64,000 nucleotides of DNA from Zygnema circumcarinatum SAG 698-1b. Taxonomy: Eukaryota > Plantae > Zygnematophyceae. The position numbers were made by a program, and so were the translations under genes. The stretch is from NCBI GenBank assembly GCA_037447605.1, contig CM074805.1, positions 2,079,361-2,143,360 on the forward strand, in the 5' to 3' direction. Numbering within the stretch: the stretch's first letter is position 1; the number at the start of each line of letters is the position of its first letter. Below, piece by piece: positions 24,767-36,085 of the stretch. The notes beneath the pieces are model-generated. The model saw only the letters and a program-made list of their open reading frames with translations. It was not told the origin of the DNA and did not search any database.

Positions 24767-27700
24767 ATGTGCGTGTGCGGCGCGTGCTGCATGTGCGTGG
24801 AGGCGGGGCTGTGCCTCACCTGCTGCTGCTCGCTGGGCGCGAGCCGCACGGCGGCAAAGTACATCTATGGCGGTCTGTTCCTGGCTGGCACGCTGCTGGC
24901 GTGGGTCATCCGGGACTACAGCTCGTCTGCTCTTGACCATCTGAAACGTGCGCTGCAATGCCTTCTTTCCCCCTCATTCTCATGTGTGGGGCCGGCGGAT
25001 GTTTGCAAGGACGGAGGTATAGCTGCGGTATTGAACCGAGCCCGAACAGCTTCACACTTATTTAGCGAAATTGCACTCCATTTGCGGACCCAGGAAAAAC
25101 ATACTGGAAGCACAATTGCAATTTCCTTACCCCTAATTGCATACTCTTTTACTTTTTCTGTCTCGTCTTCGTGAAGCACTACTGTAGCCGAAAAGCAGCA
25201 ATATTTAGGTGTGGACTTGCTTTTGCACGCTGTTGAGGAATCTTAATATTTGGCGAAGATTATCCATTGCCCGTAAGGCTATAGGTTCAGCGGAGCGGCT
25301 GAGCTCCTATGCGACTTAAAGAATTGTTGTAAAGACGTTTTTTGTTATTTGTCTCTCCTTTTTAGAAGCTTTTTCCTTTCCTATCCCTTTTTAGTGTTCT
25401 GGGAACTACAAAGGGATACTAAATTCGTCTTCCATAGGCCGTGATCAGCATTACATGTGTTTAATTCAATTACTTAGTCCGATCTCTAGTTTCACGGGTT
25501 TGGCTTTTGTCAAACATTTGTCGTACAAACGTACAAATTTGAGTACCTAACCGAAACATTTGCAATCAGCCATCAGCCCTGTCACACTCTTCGCAGCCGT
25601 GTGATGGCGCATTTGTTAGTCCTTAAAGGCACCTTCTTGCGATTCAAACAAATCGAGAAAGTTTACACTATACGACCAAAGTCTTGCGACATGACGACAG
25701 GCACTAAATATCTCTTTTGTCTGAATTAGACCTTTTTGATTCTTTACCGACTTTAGCAAAGTAGCGACGACAAACTGTGGTTATGGAAATGATCATAGCT
25801 CGGTGAAATTTTTTCACAACAGCAGTCCTTAAAATATTCTGCATCAAGCGTTCTGCTTTTGTAGAAATGCCCGTCTGGTAGGTTTTCTTTTAATATAAAA
25901 GGTGGTCGCATTTTATCGGCATGGCCATGGACAGAAGTAGCAAGAGCAGAAGAAGAAGTAGCAGCACTAACAGAAGAACTAGCAGCTGCAGAAACAGAAA
26001 TAGCAACACTAAAAGCAGAAGCAGCAGCAGAAAACGTTTGGCTCATTTCTAGCAGTACTCGCCTTGCTGACAATTCCATGCGATTATTGGTAGGACCTCT
26101 TGCGCATTTCCAGTTTTGGAGTTACGCCCCGCCAATACTGGCGGTGCTGTCATGCCAATGAGCTAGGCCAGCTCTTGTTCTGCATCTGCAAAGAAGAGCC
26201 GGCTGTGGAATAGTCTTACGATTTTTGGAACATTTGAATTTCGAGCCTTTGCGTCTAAGGAATAAAACCATTTTGGCCCTCTCTTTGGATAATTGTGCTT
26301 TTTTTTTTTTAATAGCTCAAACTTTGGTTTTGTCCTGATTGAGAAAGAGGCGTTACGTCTTCTCTGTTTCACCTTGTTCACGGATAGAGTCAATGGTTGT
26401 GATATGCACATAGGCGTGTTTAGATTGGTCTCTTTTGTGGATTTTTAGTTGCCCTTTTTTTTTCTCTAGTCCTTGCCAAGTTGTTGATGTTTCGCTCACT
26501 TCATCAGAAATGTGAACAAGAACCGATGAAAAGGAGCCCAATTTGCACTTCTTTGTTATACCACAGCTTGGATTGTAGTTTTACTGCTATGAAATGAAGC
26601 TGTACATCTGTCATTAAGAGGCCATTGTGTTTGTATGTTGTGCAGAGTTTCAAGGCTGTGACGGTGGACACAACTGTTTGGGAGTGGAAGGAGTTCTGCG
26701 AGTCAGCTTTGGTCTCACTCTCTTTTTCACCTTCATGTTTGCAACCACGGTGGGAACACTTGTCACTGAGGACTGGCGAGACCGGTGGAATAGCGGCTGG
26801 TGGCCCCTCAAGTTTCTCGTGTGGATTTTATTTACCTTTCTGTGCTTCTGGATTCCATCAGGTGGGGGGTTCATGCCATGGAGAGCAAACTTGTTCTCAT
26901 TTACGATTCTCTTCAAGGCGTACTGGGTTGATATCAGACAGCATCCCGTTGTCCAACGATGTGGTTGAAAGGTCTTTATGGATCTTGATCTTTGCAGTCC
27001 CAATGTTGGCAGACATGGCAATCGGACGGAAAGTAGTTCACTACTGCGTGAAGTGCTTTTCCTAATGTGGCAGAATTCTTTCAAGTGTACGCGGAGGTTG
27101 CGCGAATTGGAGCAGCCCTCTTCTTGCTTATTCAAATAATTAGCATTATCAATTTTCTCTATGTTTGGAACGACAACTGGTTGGAAAACGAAACCAAATG
27201 GTTAGTGTATTGCCTTCTCGGTTCGCATGTCTTACCGCATGCGTATTTACTCCATGTTAAACTGGAAATGGACCATAGACTGCTGCACGATGTTTGACAA
27301 AATACAATAAGCGAGGGTGGGCTGTTGTTGGAATGTGCAGTTGGTTTCCATTGATATTGGTCTCGGTGGGATCTTTCCTCCTCTGCCTTACCGGCATCAT
27401 TCTCATGTATGTCTGGTTTGCTCCACGTGCAACGTGCGGCCTCAACATTTTTTTTATCACGTTCGCGCTCGTCCTCGCACTTGTCATGACTGCCATCTCT
27501 CTTCATCCTGAAGTAAGGGAACGAGGTATCTGTCAGCGTTGTTCTCCTTTCAAATGCATTAGAGAGAGCATTGCGTTACCTTTTTTCTTCCAGTTTCTTC
27601 CTTCACTCGTACCCTTTCCACTCTCCCTCGCTGTCATACTGCTCTGTATCTTCTTCATCCCTCGCTGCATTTGCTTGCATAATTTACAATCAAACGACTT

Positions 27701-29470
27701 CGTTTTATGTCCATTGCCCTCACTTTTCCCGCTCTTCTTCAAGGACGGCTCGTATCACTTTCCATCTTCGTTCTCCCTCCCACTGTCTTTATCTCCCTTC
27801 ACAGGGAATCCGCGAGGTTGAATCGACTACTGTGAAGTGCAGGGTGCCTTGGAACTGTCTATCTCTGTGTCTATGTGTGTGTGCACGAGAGAGCGAGAGA
27901 TGGATTGCACTGTTGTGCAGAAATCAGTTCACAATCAATCAATGAATCAATCAATCAATCAATCCACTGTGCATGCCGTCATTGGTCAATTTGCAGGTCC
28001 CCGCGGGTCTCATGACATCGGGGTGCGTGGCTCTGTACGCGACCTATCTCTGCTGGGCGGCGATCATGTCGGAACCCTCAAGTGAAACATGCAACACGCG
28101 GCCACGCGAGACGGGTCAAGGCACTTTCATCATTGTCATAGTGAGCGTACCTGCCATTTGGGCTGTTTCATTCTTACCTCAGTGGAGTGCTAAGTTCCCA
28201 GACCAGTTTGGAGGAGTGTAGAGATTGGAAACAAGCTGCAAATACAAGTTTTAATTGTTGCCTTTCACTTAATCAGTGGTTCAACCAAGTCTTGATGATG
28301 TAACCCCCCCATGTCCCTTCAGACCCATCGCTCCTTAGGAGATTTCAAAGTTTAGAGGCACATCACAAGATGCGTCTAGAAACAGTTGCAGAACTCCCTT
28401 TATTGGCCTAGAATATAATCATCTGTCTTTGCACATATTACGTTCTTGCCTATTCCTTTTGAATGCTCTATATCTCACCCAAAGTGCATTTCTGCTGCTG
28501 GCTGGTAATGGGCAGAGCTTTCTTCTTGGCTTCGGTTCTATTATCGTTTCCACATTGACAACTGGCATCGACTCTCGGGCCTTTTCATTGAAACCAAAAG
28601 AGTCGGACCTTGATGGGCACGTGCCATATGGATATGGCTTCTTCCACGTGGTGTTTGCTTTGGGGAGCATGTATATGGCCATGCTCTTCATTGGCTGGGA
28701 TCTTAGCCAATCCTCTGTTGAGTGAGTTACAAATCCTTCTTAGATCCCTGGTCGAATGCTTTGTTAACTTATTTTCTTTTAGTTCATCTACAATGATTCG
28801 AGTTTAGAATCCCACATACTACTTTACAATTGCGTGCATTCCATGTTGCACGCTGCACATTCACGCCCGGAGTAGGAGCCCTGTGACTTTCTGCTCTGCT
28901 TTGTTGCTTGCTGGTGGCAGTCTGTTCATCAACGTCCATCTGATAGGTTTGATCGTCGTTCATTGCCCTCCATCGTCCTCTCCGGCATCTGTGTACATGC
29001 AAATGATGCTCCTTCTGAGTGTGCTGCCTCTGATTCAGGTGGAGTATCAACGAAGGTTGGATCAGTGTCTGGGTTCAAATTGTTGCAAGTTGGATCGCAG
29101 CCGCACTTTACAGTAAGCCTCTGTCCTTACGTTGGGCTCACTGGAGAAACAGTACTTCGCTCATTTACCTTGCCCGTGTTTCTAGGAACCTACCGGGCCA
29201 TGTCCTTCCTTGCAGGAGTATGTTTTTTGTATGCGTGGTCACGAGGTTGGCATCTTATGGAGAAGGCAGGGGCAGTGAATGGAACAGATTCCGTGCAGTT
29301 CAAAATGTTGAACTGAACTGTATATCCATTTTCTTACCCATGTGAACATCAGAAGATGACTACATCAGGCTTCCAGTGCTTACTTGCCAACTGATGCTGT
29401 GCACTTGTTTTTCTCTGCAGTCTGGACGATGGTGGCGAAGTTTGTCTTCCCTGACCGCGATTTTGGCTAG
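24767..29470 (+). CDS. SERINC: Serine incorporator (SERINC/TDE/TMS1) membrane protein
   Basis: Cys-rich N-terminus MCVCGACCMC..., AKYIYGGLFL, GVEGVLRVSFG, RDRWNSGWWPLKF, YAEVARIGAALFLLIQIISIINF, PRATCGLNIFFI, SEPSSETCN, VPYGYGFFHVVFALGSMYMAMLFIGW, WVQIVASW, C-terminus KFVFPDRDFG*. About 8 GT-AG exons. Confidence 0.93.
25865..26161 (+). pseudogene. Start-less coiled-coil-coding remnant inside SERINC intron 1
   Basis: Stop-free stretch of about 98 codons including EVARAEEEVAALTEELAAAETEIATLKAEAAAEN (heptad pattern), with A-ending codons unlike the GC-rich first exons. Confidence 0.35.
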
Positions 29471-30027
29471 TCGAGAGGTCACTGTCGTTGAGCCACTCCC
29501 CTCAGACTCCATTTAGGAGAAGCGAGCCTGCCTCCTTGTCCCTGCGTTGGGGGGGGAGGGGTTGCCATGTTGCTGTATATGTGTGCTATAAGAGAGCGAG
29601 TCTTTTAGGTCACAAAAGGTGCTCACTCCATTGCCGCAGCCGTGTTGCTGCCGCTTTGTTTAGAACGTCTAAGTCCAACTTGTTTGTTGAATGGTAGATC
29701 TTAGGACCGCAGTGTTAATATACTCCTGTAACCCACGTTGGGCCGGCCTCCATTTTATCAAATGGCAGCCAATCACTCAGGATCCATTAAAGTATGCATT
29801 ACAAACCTATCCTGGTCGCAATGTGATGGTGAAAGTCGGCGTCCACAGGACCAGGAGAGAGTGTGGGACCCCATAGACAGCGCGCGTTGGCTTCTTCTTC
29901 GTTTCTGAGGAAGAGAGGACTTCCTGTCGCCGCCATGGCCATGGCGGACGAGGAGGGGGAGAGAGTACCACAGTACGTCAGAATGCGTCATGTCCGTACA
30001 TCCGAGAGTTGCCGAGGTTGTACGGCC

Positions 30028-30463
30028 CAGGGGGACCCCATGATACCCCATGATATTTTCGCCATGGTTTCGGCAAATACCGGGCGAAAATATTGTTTTT
30101 GGCAAATACAAGGTCCGTGTTACCAATAGGCGAGCGGAATTATGTTAGAGTTCATGTATGTTCGTACGTATCGTATCATATCGTATCGTACCGTGTTTTT
30201 AGATAAACGGACTCCTATTGGTGCCGTACGAATACCGTACGATTTAGAGATTCTATTCGTACTTGCCGTACAGCGTAATAGCCTGACTCGTGTTCGATGC
30301 CGTTTCGATTAACAGATTTTGTATTGGAAAATAGGTCAGGTTAGGTTAACATCCCTAATACGTTAACACAGAGTTACCGTACAAAAAGGTGGTTTCGGCA
30401 AAATCGGGGCGAATTTCTTGGGGACGCACTGTACAAGGTGGAAAATATGACGAGGACCCCCTG
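30028..30463. mobile_element. Tc1/mariner-type MITE, copy 1 (left end degenerate)
   Basis: Right end gaggaccccctg|ta, left end cagggggacccc; interior colinear with 30481-31032. Confidence 0.65.
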
Positions 30464-30480
30464 TACGTAAGAGTACAGTA

Positions 30481-31032
30481 CAGTAGGGGGTCCTCATATT
30501 TTCCACCCTGGTTCCGGGCAAAATGAGGCGAAAATATTAAATTTGCATATATAAGGTTCGTGTTACGAATAGACGGGCGGTATTATGTTAGAGTTCATGT
30601 TGAATCGTACGTATCGTACCGTGCCATATCGTACCGTATCGTACTGTGTCATTTAGCATCGTATCGTATCGTGACATATCGTGACGCATATACTGTCGTA
30701 CATACTGTCGTCATCCAACCATCGGGGAGTTTCGTATCGTATTGGCCGTATCGTATCGTATCGTATCGTATCGAAGTCAAGAAGACGGGGAGAAGAGCGA
30801 GCGCCTCTTACGGCGGCACGAGCGGGGAGATTAGGTGCGTTTTGCGTAAGCCCGTAACGGCTAGTACAGATAGTACGAACAGTACGAACAGTACGAACGG
30901 TATGAACGGTACGAACGGTACGAATAGTACGGCTAACACAAGTTACCGTACAAAAAAGTGGTTTCGGCAAAATTGGGGCGAAAATATTGAGGACGCACTC
31001 CTTGGGGTGGTAAATACGAGGACCCCCCACTG
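30481..31032. mobile_element. Tc1/mariner-type MITE, copy 2
   Basis: TA|CAGTAGGGGGTCCTC ... GAGGACCCCCCACTG|TA (15-bp TIR, 1 mismatch, TA TSD); internal (CGTAT)n and (GTACGAACR)n arrays. Confidence 0.85.
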
Positions 31033-31124
31033 TAACTGAAGTCGTACGGTGGGTGACGGAAGCGTACAGTGAGTGGCGAAGGCCGCGAGGGAGGGAGGGA
31101 GGAAGGAGAGAGGAGGTGGAGAGG

Positions 31125-32564
31125 ATGGCGCCATGGCGGGCGGAGCAGGTGCTGGGGCCGGGCCGCCTGGCGCTGTTGCTGGGCGGGCTGCTGGCGTACG
31201 CGTACGTGCGCAGCGTGCAGGTCAGCTGCCTCGCTGATTACGAGCTTGAGCGAGTGCACCGCGCCTCCCTGTATGGCGCGAGGAAGCCGCACCAGCCTAT
31301 GCCGTCGCTCCGCAGGAGCTTCTCGTTTGCCAAGTTCAGCAGCTTGTTGTTGGGAGGAAGTCTGAAGGATGCCAATGATGTATTGCCAGAAGGCGCTTCT
31401 CTGAAGATCGCTGTGGTAAATACGGTGTATTGGCATAGTGAGGTCGTGTTTTGGCTCGCGTACACGCTGCGGCAATTGCGAAATGTGGAGGTTTCTTTAT
31501 ATCTGTACTTCAATAGGTTCGGATCTAACGAATTCTTGGAAAGGATAGATTCTCCACGGCGATTCCGAAGGTTTCATAGCTCGAATTTCACAGACGGGGG
31601 ATCCGCAAAGAAAAATCCAGATGTTATATTCTTTAATACTTGTGCCAGGGACATATGGAATGCAGGTAGTGTTGCAGCCGAGATGCTGAGATTGAATCCA
31701 AATCTGAAACTCATCTGCGTTGTGCATAGGCCTCTCGCTCTCCTCAACTTCACTACGGAGTTTCTTCCTTTTGCTAAAGCCGGAGGCCTGACCTTTATTG
31801 CTCTTGCTCCGCACGTGGGAAAATACATCACCGATACCGTGCTCCCACAGATGTTAGCTTATTCGCCGTATTTCGAGTCTGTTACCGTGACTTGGGCTCC
31901 GGCCACCTTCATATACAAGCCAGGCTCACCCTGTCCTTCAGACCTTTCGGAGATCTCACCTCGGAATTTCGGAAATGCCTTTGCATGCTTCAATCACTTC
32001 GTTGTACAAGGTCAGGTGCAGGCACTTCGGCGAAATTACTCGCAGATATTTGATGGTCTAAATCAGTATATGTTGAAGAAACAAGACAGGTGGGCTACCT
32101 TTCGCCTTAACGTGCTTGGGAGTGTCAGAGAGAAGTTCAAGATTTCGCAACGTTTGCTGGCTAAGAAACTGCGATTCCTGAAGGAGCTGAAGTATGCTAC
32201 TTATTACGAAGCTCTGCATGCACATCTCGCATTAGCGCCCGCTTTTGCATCAGACCTATATTTCTACAACGTTTCGTCATCCTCTATGGCTGCTGCGCTC
32301 ATTGCTGGGGTTCCTGTCATAGGAGATCGGAGGTTGCTCGAAGCATATTCCTTTTTTGAAGAAGATGCAATTTTCCTGCAGCTAAATGGGGAGACTGAAG
32401 CTGATGCAATTAATCGTATACGGTACTTTTCTATGGCGGACATAATAGAGAAGAGAAAGAGGGCTGTTAATTTAAATGTCCGTTTGGTAGAAGGCAACGT
32501 TGAGCTATTCAAGTCCCTTTTATGGGGTCACAGGCCCAAACTGCGTGTAGGATTTAAGAGATAA
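31125..32564 (+). CDS. Intronless 479-aa putative type II membrane GT-B-fold glycosyltransferase
   Basis: Single ORF from the ATG at 31125. N-terminal hydrophobic anchor (LALLLGGLLAYAYV); Rossmann-like segments KIAVVNTVYWHSEV, DVIFFNTC, LICVVH, IALAPHV, FVVQG...RRNY; C-terminal SSSSMAAALIAGVPVIG reminiscent of the GT-B donor-binding helix. Family assignment is inference. Confidence 0.6.
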   Translation: MAPWRAEQVLGPGRLALLLGGLLAYAYVRSVQVSCLADYELERVHRASLYGARKPHQPMPSLRRSFSFAKFSSLLLGGSLKDANDVLPEGASLKIAVVNTVYWHSEVVFWLAYTLRQLRNVEVSLYLYFNRFGSNEFLERIDSPRRFRRFHSSNFTDGGSAKKNPDVIFFNTCARDIWNAGSVAAEMLRLNPNLKLICVVHRPLALLNFTTEFLPFAKAGGLTFIALAPHVGKYITDTVLPQMLAYSPYFESVTVTWAPATFIYKPGSPCPSDLSEISPRNFGNAFACFNHFVVQGQVQALRRNYSQIFDGLNQYMLKKQDRWATFRLNVLGSVREKFKISQRLLAKKLRFLKELKYATYYEALHAHLALAPAFASDLYFYNVSSSSMAAALIAGVPVIGDRRLLEAYSFFEEDAIFLQLNGETEADAINRIRYFSMADIIEKRKRAVNLNVRLVEGNVELFKSLLWGHRPKLRVGFKR

Positions 32565-33797
32565 TACAGTGAAAATTCACATTGTAGACGTCGGATTTAG
32601 GGAGTTGTACTTCGGTTGTGTTATTACCTTCTACTCAAATCATTTTGTTGCAGCTTCTGCCTGGCCGGCTTGTTTTGCCCCGCATCATCGTGCCTTTATT
32701 TTAGGTGTGCTCTAAGTGGAGCAGTAGCAGGCTGGTGAATGGCGAGGTTACTTTTTTGCTCGACAAAAAAACTGCACATCTGTCCTGCCCTCAACAACCG
32801 TAACTCGGAATAGTAGGGACATATTTTTGGAGCGATGGAGCGACGCAACGAGGGTTGTACGAAATCTTTAGTGCAAGAAAATCGAGATTCGAGTATTCTC
32901 AACTCGTCGTCTGAGGTTTTTTCTTCCGGAGCATCAAAATTCTGTTTTAAGATGTATTCTACAGCGTACAGTGCTGATTCAGAATTATTTGCTTAAGACA
33001 GTAGGTATAGTTCTCATACAAGAAGCTTTCTCCATGTCACACTTTTTCAGTAAATATAAAAACACGGAAGTGCAAAGTATTTAAAAAATCCGTTACATTG
33101 TTCGACGAACACGTCAGATTTGTCTACCACTACTGAAAGCAGCTCCGAAACACCGTTATATGATGCCGCGAAATGCCTTCGCTGCCTTTTTCCAAAATCA
33201 GGGCCTTGGAAAAATAGGCGCATACATTGAAGGTCAAATGTCAAAATTATATTCACTAATTAAGTAAGAGGGCTGGAGTTCACTTTCGGGGGCCTCGGAG
33301 GTGCGAAGCTAACAAACCTGCAAAACCTCACCATACAAGCCCAGATTTCAGTCTAAGCTACAGCCACCGCAGCTTGACTCTCAACATGCTTTGTGCGGGC
33401 AATAAAAGGCACAGCAGCAACTTCACAGTTCAAGTTTTTGCAGTGTATGGAACTGCATTATAGCTCTCATGCAGGGGCCTCAGAAGACTGGGAAATCATG
33501 AAACATCAAATGTGTGGAGCGCTCAGTGGAAGGAAAAGTCGTTTTTGTCAGTTTGCACATTGGGTGCAAGCACCCTTCGCCGACAGCCTTTAGGCATTTC
33601 TTCACAGCGCTTCACAGACATGTCACAACAGCGGAACAAAGCATTCAACTGCAGCTCTCTAGATCATCCCTACTAGGTCATCCAAACAAATTTTGCAAGT
33701 GTTAATTACTGCTTGAGGGGGCTCAATATCTGCACTCTGAAAAATGCACTTTGCAAATCTCAAGTAACTGTCATGGAACATTTGCAACATAACTTGC

Positions 33798-35195
33798 CTG
33801 TGTAGGTAGCTGGAAAAGTGATGGAGGACAGCTCCGCAAGCCCAGCCCTTATCACTTTGACAAGGCAAGGCAGAACTGCAAGAACAACGCAAAATCACTT
33901 ACAGAAAGTAAGGTTACAGCAAATCGAGGAGCCCGTTGGTGAGAATCATATCCACTGCCAATTACGCTCTCAATAAAAGGAGATTTAATGAAATTGCTCC
34001 ATACTACACACGTTCCAGATATCCAGATTAGATTAGGCCTAAAAAATAAGGCAAAGCCCTACAAATTGTCTGTGTGAACAGGGGAAGTCACCTTTTAATA
34101 AGGTCCCGCAACAGTAGTCAGCCTCCTGCCCACGGGAGCAGGAGATAGGACAGGAACTATCCGCCCATTCTGTCACTCCTTGTCAGCGCGCTGAAACATC
34201 AAAAAACCAACCAGTAGGTCCATTCAAAGTCTATGTGAGAACCAGAATGATGCCAGAAAAAAGTAGTAACTTAATCCTTGACCGCCTACTTTTCCACTGA
34301 AGTTGACTGGCAAAAGGGGCACACACCACACCCACTTCTGCAAGACATCGTATCATTGACCCAATCTAAAGATATTATCATCCTCCGACACAAAGGCGGC
34401 ACAGAAAAAAACCGCTCCTGCTTTGAATAGATGATTAACTACTCTCTGAAGGATAACTAAGGACGGCTCGGTTGATGACCTCACCCTCCACTCTTTCCTT
34501 CAATGGTTCACAGGTTAGTCCATTTTGCATCGTATGACCAAACATACGCATACTAAAAAAGGTAGGATTCTGAAGCAAGATATGTACATAATCTCTATAT
34601 CATGACCATGCTTCGAAGTATATATGAAAATGTCAAAACAAGGAACAACAGTACTGACCTTCACTCGTGTCAGACAGACCGAAGTAGGTCCCATTTCTTT
34701 GCCTTCGCAGATCTGTAAAAACAATCACAACAGAATGATTGTAATGGAATGAAATGCGAGGAATAGCCCACTCTGTACAGCAACCAGAAACGGACTCGCA
34801 AACATTAACTGAAACGATAGATTACATTCACGGATATACCGAACAAGAAAGGCCCGCCTCATCATAGATTTCAGGGCAGGTGAGTAAGCTCGAATCATAT
34901 AGCAAGGACTTCAATTGTTCCGACCTTGGGAAAAGAAGCAGAACAGAGTGTTCGCCTTGCATCACAGAATAAGCATAACCCCCGTTTCATTCATCCTACA
35001 TTTTCCCTTAGGACAAGAGAGGCTCATCAAGCAGCATCGGATCCGCATCAGCATCAGCATCCGCATCAGCATTCCGACACCGCTCTGACGACCAAACCCC
35101 AGCACACCAGATGGGCTGTAAAACTGTCAGCTGTCTAGGCATCGGCCAACATCCTTCCAAGAACAGGAAGAAACCATACATTGAAGGTCCGCCAT
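33798..35195 (-). CDS. Possible cryptic small multi-exon gene; 3' end unresolved
   Basis: ATG exon 35195-35180, then phase-1/1 exons 34712-34659 (54 nt), 34190 or 34178 to 34092 (99 or 87 nt) and 33875-33798 (78 nt, GC donor). One frame stays open: MADLQYLRRQRNGTYFGLSDTSE[AR*Q]GVTEWADSSCPISCSRGQEADYCCGTLLKVLPCLVKVIRAGLAELSSITFPATYT. No recognised homolog. Confidence 0.35.
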
Positions 35196-35318
35196 CGCCG
35201 CCTGCAGGCAACCCCTCCCCTCTCCGACGGCGCCCTTGTTAGGCCCGAACCCCTCCAATACTCTCACTCGCCTCGCCTCCGCTCCGCTACGCTCCCTGGC
35301 GGAGTCTGACCGCCCCCC

Positions 35319-35326
35319 ATATATAG
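35319..35326 (-). promoter_or_regulatory. TATA-like box (CTATATAT) in a GC-rich promoter facing the cryptic minus-strand unit
   Basis: About 125 nt upstream of the ATG at 35195. Confidence 0.45.
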
Positions 35327-35480
35327 GCACGGACGGCACATACAAAGCAGGCGCGGCAGCCGGCGGGAGGCGGCACGCGCGGCGGAGGGAGGGAGGGAGG
35401 GTTCAAGGCTCCACCGCGCGGCAATCCGGTAATTTCAGAGAATAATAATAATTACAGGGGTGTATACAGTACCCCTAAGT

Positions 35481-35622
35481 CAGTGGTTGTGAACCATTGG
35501 AACGGTTGACAACCATTGGATCCAATGGTTCCAACCGTTGTCGATAGTTGGCTGGGTCGCCATCCAATGGTGACAACCATTGGAACGGTTAGTACCAATT
35601 GGATCCAATGGTTTCAACCATG
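35481..35622. repeat. About 140-bp self-complementary element built of AACCATTGG/CCAATGGTT units (MITE-like)
   Basis: Imperfect terminal inverted repeats (cagtggttgtgaaccattgga vs reverse complement catggttgaaaccattgga) and internal palindrome ccattggatccaatgg; no clear TSD. Confidence 0.6.
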
Positions 35623-35915
35623 TTGTCAATGCCTTCAACTGCCCGAAAACCTGGAACCGGCTAAGTTGTGATGGCGTCCTATGTTGCGAAAGCACTTAGG
35701 GTGCTCTGGACGGCAGATCGTGCCGATGGGCATCTCGCAACATATGGTGCGCCACCGAGGCTCCAAGTTTCGCGAGCGGATGGATCCTGGAAAGAGACGC
35801 AGCCGCCAGCCCACACGGTCCGAGGCAGGGATGGATGGTGGCCACACTCACTCCTAAAGCCATGACCGTCCCGGGGGTCTCCCGCCCCTCCCTCCGCGCG
35901 ATGTGGCCCACATCG

Positions 35916-36085
35916 GCGACCTTCGCGACTGCTTCTAGGGCCGTGTTGTTCAGCCTAGAAGTACATTTCCGCTCATAGGCATTTTACTTTTGTCTTTGGG
36001 TCCTTTGTGACCGTGTCGCCTTGTTTCCCCCTCATGCTTTCGTCTCCCCATGTACTTTGGATCGCGAGATCAATACCACTTCCCT
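35916..36085. repeat. Dispersed repeat family K, copy C
   Basis: Colinear with 8762-8945. Confidence 0.75.

Noticed and set aside
29934-30129. ATG in strong context (MAMADEEGERV...) upstream of the GT gene
   Set aside because: The frame runs directly into MITE sequence; no independent coding evidence.
30600-30960. Short regular repeats as a CRISPR-like array
   Set aside because: Pentamer and 9-mer microsatellites without unique spacers; eukaryotic context and no cas genes.
34670-35030. C-box motifs (TGATGA) suggesting intronic C/D snoRNAs
   Set aside because: No D box with a terminal stem at a plausible distance, and no recognisable rRNA guide.
33221-35189. 15-nt direct repeat CATACATTGAAGGTC at 33221 and 35175 as a possible LINE TSD
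   Set aside because: A few 15-mer matches are expected by chance in a 64-kb self-comparison, and there is no poly-A tail or RT remnant between them.
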